DNA of 51,634 nucleotides from a virus (Duplodnaviria; Heunggongvirae; Uroviricota; Caudoviricetes): IMG/VR virus record IMGVR_UViG_2579779024_000005; one strand, 5' to 3'. Shown piece by piece: positions 47,742 to 51,634 of this stretch (position 1 is its first letter; each line of letters starts with the position of its first letter). The notes under the pieces were generated by a model. It saw only the letters and a program-made list of their open reading frames with translations, ran no database searches and was not told where the DNA came from. The position numbers and the translations under genes were made by a program.

Positions 47742-50213
47742 ATGAGTAAAGTCTTTATTTGCGCCGCCATTCCGGACGAACAGGCAATAAAGGAAGAAGG
47801 TGCCGTCGCTGTAGCCACTGCCATTGAAGCCGGTGATGAACGTCGCGCCCGCGCAAAATTTCACTGGCAATTCCTGGAACATTATCCGGCTGCTCAGGAC
47901 TGCGCTTATAAATTTCTTGTCTGCGAGGATAAACCCGGTATACCCCGCCCTGCCCTCGATTCCTGGGATGCTGAATATATGCAGGAAAACCGCTGGGATG
48001 AGGAGTCTGCTTCCTTTGTCCCGGTTGAGACTGAATCCGATCCGATGAACGTCACTTTTGACAAGCTGGCCCCTGAAGTACAGAACGCTGTCATGGTTAA
48101 GTTCGACACATGTGAAAACATCACCGTTGATATGGTTATTAGCGCACAGGAATTGTTGCAGGAAGACATGGCAACATTCGACGGACATATCGTTGAAGCG
48201 TTGATGAAAATGCCAGAAGTTAACGCCATGTATCCGGAGCTTAAGCTGCATGCCATCGGGTGGGTTAAGCATAAATGTAAGCCTGGTGCCAAATGGCCCG
48301 AAATTCAGGCAGAGATGCGCATCTGGAAAAAACGTCGTGAAGGTGAACGCAAGGAAACCGGAAAATACACGTCTGTTGTTGATCTCGCCCGCGCCAGAGC
48401 CAATCAACAGTACACTGAAAATTCAACAGGAAAAATCAGCCCGGTCATTGCTGCCATTCATCGCGAATACAAGCAGACATGGAAAACACTGGATGACGAA
48501 CTGGCCTACGCTCTCTGGCCTGGTGATGTGGATGCCGGAAACATTGACGGCAGCATCCATCGCTGGGCAAAAAATGAAGTTATCGACAACGACCGCGAAG
48601 ACTGGAAGCGTATCTCGGCATCAATGCGCAAACAGCCTGATGCCCTTCGCTACGACCGCCAGACTATTTTTGGCCTTGTCCGTGAACGTCCGATCGACAT
48701 TCACAAAGACCCTGTGGCACTGAACAAATACATTACTGAATACCTGACTACAAAGGGCGTGTTTGAAGATGAAGGAAGAAATCAGAGCGCAACTGATACT
48801 CTCTCGTCGCCAGTACCAGAAACTGATGCAGTGGAAACGGCAATTCCGGACAACGAAAAAACCGAATGCAAAGTGGAAGTCGAACCATCTGTAGAGCGTG
48901 AGGGGCCGTTCTACTTCCTCTTCACCGACAAGGATGGCGAAAAATACGGTCGCGCAAACAAACTTTCTGGTCTGGATAAGGCGCTGGCTGCCGGGGCAAC
49001 TGAAATCACGAAAGAAGAATATTTTGCCCGCAAAAACGGCACATACACAGGTTCACAACAAAATACTGATGCATCTGACACGACCGCACAACCAGACCTG
49101 GTAAAAGTTACCGCTGACGAAGTAAACAAAATTATGCAGGCAGCCAGTATCAGCCAGCCTGACGCTAATAAGTTGCTCGCTGCATCACGTGGTGAATTTG
49201 TTGAAGGGATTAGCGACCCGAATGATCCGAAATGGGTGAAGGGGATTGAAACCCGCGATTCTGTGCACCAGAACCAGTCAGAAACGGAACAGTACGACCA
49301 AAAAGCGGAACAAAACAGCCAAAATGCGTTACAAAACGAGCCAGAAACGAAACAACCTGAACCAGTCGTGCAACAGGAAGAGGAAAAAGTTTGTACCGCA
49401 TGCAATCAGACTGGTGGTGGTAACTGCCCTGATTGTGGCGCAGTGATGGGTGACGCAACCTACCAGGAGACATTCAACGAAGAAAGCCAGGATGAAGCCC
49501 GGGAAAAAGATCCAGAGGAAATAGAAAATGCCGGACTCCCGAACAAGGAGTGCACCGAAGGCGATCAACATGCCAATGACAATAATGAAATAGGCGAGAC
49601 AGCAAATCCCTTAATTAAGGTGAACAGTCATCGTAAAAGCACATCCACCAGCAGGTTGTGGCACCATCTGATGATTGACCTTGAAACCATGGGAAAAAAT
49701 CCTGATGCCCCGATTATCTCAATAGATGCAATATTTTTCGATCCGCAAACCGGAGATATGGGACCGGAATTTAGTAAGACTATCGATCTGGAAACTGCTG
49801 GCGGAGTCATTGATCGTGACGTCATTAAAAGGTGGCTGAAGCAATCACGTGAAGCGCAGTCTGCCATTATGACCGATGAAATCCCGTTAGATGATGCACT
49901 GTTACAATTGCGGGAATTTATCGACGAAAACTCCGGTGAATTTTTTGTTCAGGTCTGGGGAAATGGAGCCAACTTCGAAAACACGATTTTGCGCCGTTCA
50001 TACGAACGGCAGGGGATCCCCTGCCCATGGCGTTACTACAACGATCGCGATGTACGCACAATCGTTGAGCTGGGGAAAGCCATAGACTTCGATGCCAGAA
50101 CGGCTATTCCATTCGAAGGTGAGCGCCATAATGCACTTGATGACGCCCGTTACCAGGCAAAATACGTTTCAGTTATCTGGCAAAAACTGATCCCGAATCA
50201 GGCTGATTTTTAA
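47742..50213 (+). CDS. Large early-left protein with C-terminal DEDDh-type 3'-5' exonuclease-like domain (ydfE-like position)
   Basis: 823 aa; C-terminal motifs MIDLETMG (DxE), VWGNGANFEN and HNALDDARYQ; central zinc-ribbon-like CTACNQTGGGNCPDCG; acidic linker. Confidence 0.55.
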   Translation: MSKVFICAAIPDEQAIKEEGAVAVATAIEAGDERRARAKFHWQFLEHYPAAQDCAYKFLVCEDKPGIPRPALDSWDAEYMQENRWDEESASFVPVETESDPMNVTFDKLAPEVQNAVMVKFDTCENITVDMVISAQELLQEDMATFDGHIVEALMKMPEVNAMYPELKLHAIGWVKHKCKPGAKWPEIQAEMRIWKKRREGERKETGKYTSVVDLARARANQQYTENSTGKISPVIAAIHREYKQTWKTLDDELAYALWPGDVDAGNIDGSIHRWAKNEVIDNDREDWKRISASMRKQPDALRYDRQTIFGLVRERPIDIHKDPVALNKYITEYLTTKGVFEDEGRNQSATDTLSSPVPETDAVETAIPDNEKTECKVEVEPSVEREGPFYFLFTDKDGEKYGRANKLSGLDKALAAGATEITKEEYFARKNGTYTGSQQNTDASDTTAQPDLVKVTADEVNKIMQAASISQPDANKLLAASRGEFVEGISDPNDPKWVKGIETRDSVHQNQSETEQYDQKAEQNSQNALQNEPETKQPEPVVQQEEEKVCTACNQTGGGNCPDCGAVMGDATYQETFNEESQDEAREKDPEEIENAGLPNKECTEGDQHANDNNEIGETANPLIKVNSHRKSTSTSRLWHHLMIDLETMGKNPDAPIISIDAIFFDPQTGDMGPEFSKTIDLETAGGVIDRDVIKRWLKQSREAQSAIMTDEIPLDDALLQLREFIDENSGEFFVQVWGNGANFENTILRRSYERQGIPCPWRYYNDRDVRTIVELGKAIDFDARTAIPFEGERHNALDDARYQAKYVSVIWQKLIPNQADF

Positions 50214-50277
50214 TGTTCAACCCCGGTCGTTGCCCACCAGCTATAGTGGCGGCGACCATGATTAGCGAACGACGCTC

Positions 50278-50526
50278 ATGGCAAGACTTATTCTGCTCAC
50301 TGAGTGGGCAAAAGAGGAATTCAGTGAACCGGTCCCAACTCCGAGTACGTTAAGTAAATACGCTAAAGCCGGAATGATATTTCCTCTCCCCAAAAAAGTT
50401 GGAAGACGCTGGCGAGTGGATCCGCAAGCTCGCTTTGTCGGAATGGTAAACAAGCCGGAGGTGATCGCCACAGATCACCCTGCTTTGAAGAGGATACTGG
50501 AAGATGGCGCGCCCGCGAAAATATAA
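50278..50526 (+). CDS. xis: Excisionase-like protein
   Basis: 82 aa; immediately upstream of and overlapping the integrase gene. Confidence 0.6.
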   Translation: MARLILLTEWAKEEFSEPVPTPSTLSKYAKAGMIFPLPKKVGRRWRVDPQARFVGMVNKPEVIATDHPALKRILEDGAPAKI

Positions 50527-51634
50527 AACCAATGTTCCGGGATTATCTCCGTATTTTGACAAAAGAAATAACAAAGTTTACTGGCGTTACAGGCATCCCA
50601 TAACAGGCAAAAATCACGGTCTCGGCAGTATTGACCAGAAACTGGCAGAAACTATTGCAGCAGAAGCGAACAGCCGTCTTGCCCGGCAGCAAATGGAACA
50701 AATGCTCAGTCTGCAGGAGAAAATTATTAGTGATACCGGCGGTTCATCAACCGTTACCATTTTTCTGAATAATTACAGAAAAATTCAACAGGAAAGATAT
50801 GAAAACGGCGAGATCAAACTCAACACGCTGAAACAGAAAGCGGCCCCTCTCAGGGTATTTGATGAACGTTTTGGCACCAGACCGTTAGATGCCATAACCG
50901 TAAAAGATGTGGTATCAGTACTGGAAGAGTACAAGGCCAGAGGACATAACAGAATGGGACAAATTTTCAGGAAGGTACTGATCGATGTTTTCCGGGAAGC
51001 TCAGCAAACGGGCGATGTCCCGCCAGGCTTTAACCCTGCAGAATCGGCAAAAAAACCGCAGGTGCGGATATCAAGACAGCGACTGACTTTTGATGAGTGG
51101 ATGATGATTTATAACGCAGCGGAAAAGGATGGTTACTTTTTACAGCGCGGTATGCTGCTGGCACTGATGACAGGCCAGCGCCTTTCAGATATTTGCAAAA
51201 TGCAATTTTCGGATATCCGGGATGGTTATCTTCATGTCGAACAGCAAAAAACAGGAACCCGGATTGCCATCCCTCTGGCTCTGCGTTGCGATAAATTAAA
51301 TCTCACCCTAGATGATGTGGTGTCATCCTGCCGCGATTGCGTTCTTAGTCCGTGGCTATTGCACCACCATCACGCGAAAGGGACAGCTAAGCGCGGCGGG
51401 ATGGTTAAGCCAGCAACATTAACCGTTGCATTTAAAAAAGCCCGGGATTCTGTGGATTACAACTGGCGTGCTAATGGCACCCCACCCTCTTTCCATGAGC
51501 AGAGATCTTTATCAGAGCGATTGTTCAGAGAGCAGGGGGTTGATACCAAAATTTTGCTGGGCCATTCGAATCAAAAAATGACCGATATTTACAACGACGC
51601 ACGCGGTAAGGAATGGAAAAAACTGGTCATTTGA
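50504..51634 (+). CDS. int: Tyrosine integrase
   Basis: 376 aa; lambda-Int-like N-terminal arm-binding region and C-terminal catalytic domain (...LLGHSNQKMTDIYND...); the stop is the last base of the window. Confidence 0.9.
   Translation: MARPRKYKTNVPGLSPYFDKRNNKVYWRYRHPITGKNHGLGSIDQKLAETIAAEANSRLARQQMEQMLSLQEKIISDTGGSSTVTIFLNNYRKIQQERYENGEIKLNTLKQKAAPLRVFDERFGTRPLDAITVKDVVSVLEEYKARGHNRMGQIFRKVLIDVFREAQQTGDVPPGFNPAESAKKPQVRISRQRLTFDEWMMIYNAAEKDGYFLQRGMLLALMTGQRLSDICKMQFSDIRDGYLHVEQQKTGTRIAIPLALRCDKLNLTLDDVVSSCRDCVLSPWLLHHHHAKGTAKRGGMVKPATLTVAFKKARDSVDYNWRANGTPPSFHEQRSLSERLFREQGVDTKILLGHSNQKMTDIYNDARGKEWKKLVI

Overview
The window is an almost complete lambdoid prophage of an enterobacterial (E. 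coli/Shigella-like) host, with the late operon on the minus strand. Right end (plus strand): integrase and excisionase, a large exonuclease-like protein, and a dicB-type early-left operon (ydfA-ydfB-ydfC-DicF sRNA-dicB-ydfD). A CI/Cro-type switch sits at ~44.9-45.9 kb with palindromic operators. Leftward on the minus strand follow replication genes (O-like with iterons, DnaC-like), a hok toxin, a queH-like gene, DUF968, rusA and antiterminator Q with a pR'/tR' unit. The cargo locus carries a DNA methylase, two tRNAs, AT-rich unknown ORFs and a nanS-p-type esterase with a perfect 1131-bp tandem duplication; no Shiga toxin genes are present. Then come the lysis cassette (holin, inserted ORFs, SAR endolysin, tiny hydrophobic ORFs, Rz/Rz1), HNH endonuclease, terminase, an HK97-like head module, and a lambda-like tail (V, G/G-T, H, M, L, K, I, J). 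lom is interrupted by an IS21-family element, and the side tail fibre region at the left edge looks like an invertible host-range segment. Protein family calls are from recall of motifs, not from database searches. Coordinates I defined myself (RNAs, terminators, repeats, IS ends) are approximate to a few bases. The most unusual items are the promoter/terminator unit inserted between I and J, the extra ORFs inside the lysis cassette, the unknown cargo at the stx-equivalent position, and the phage-borne queH-like gene.
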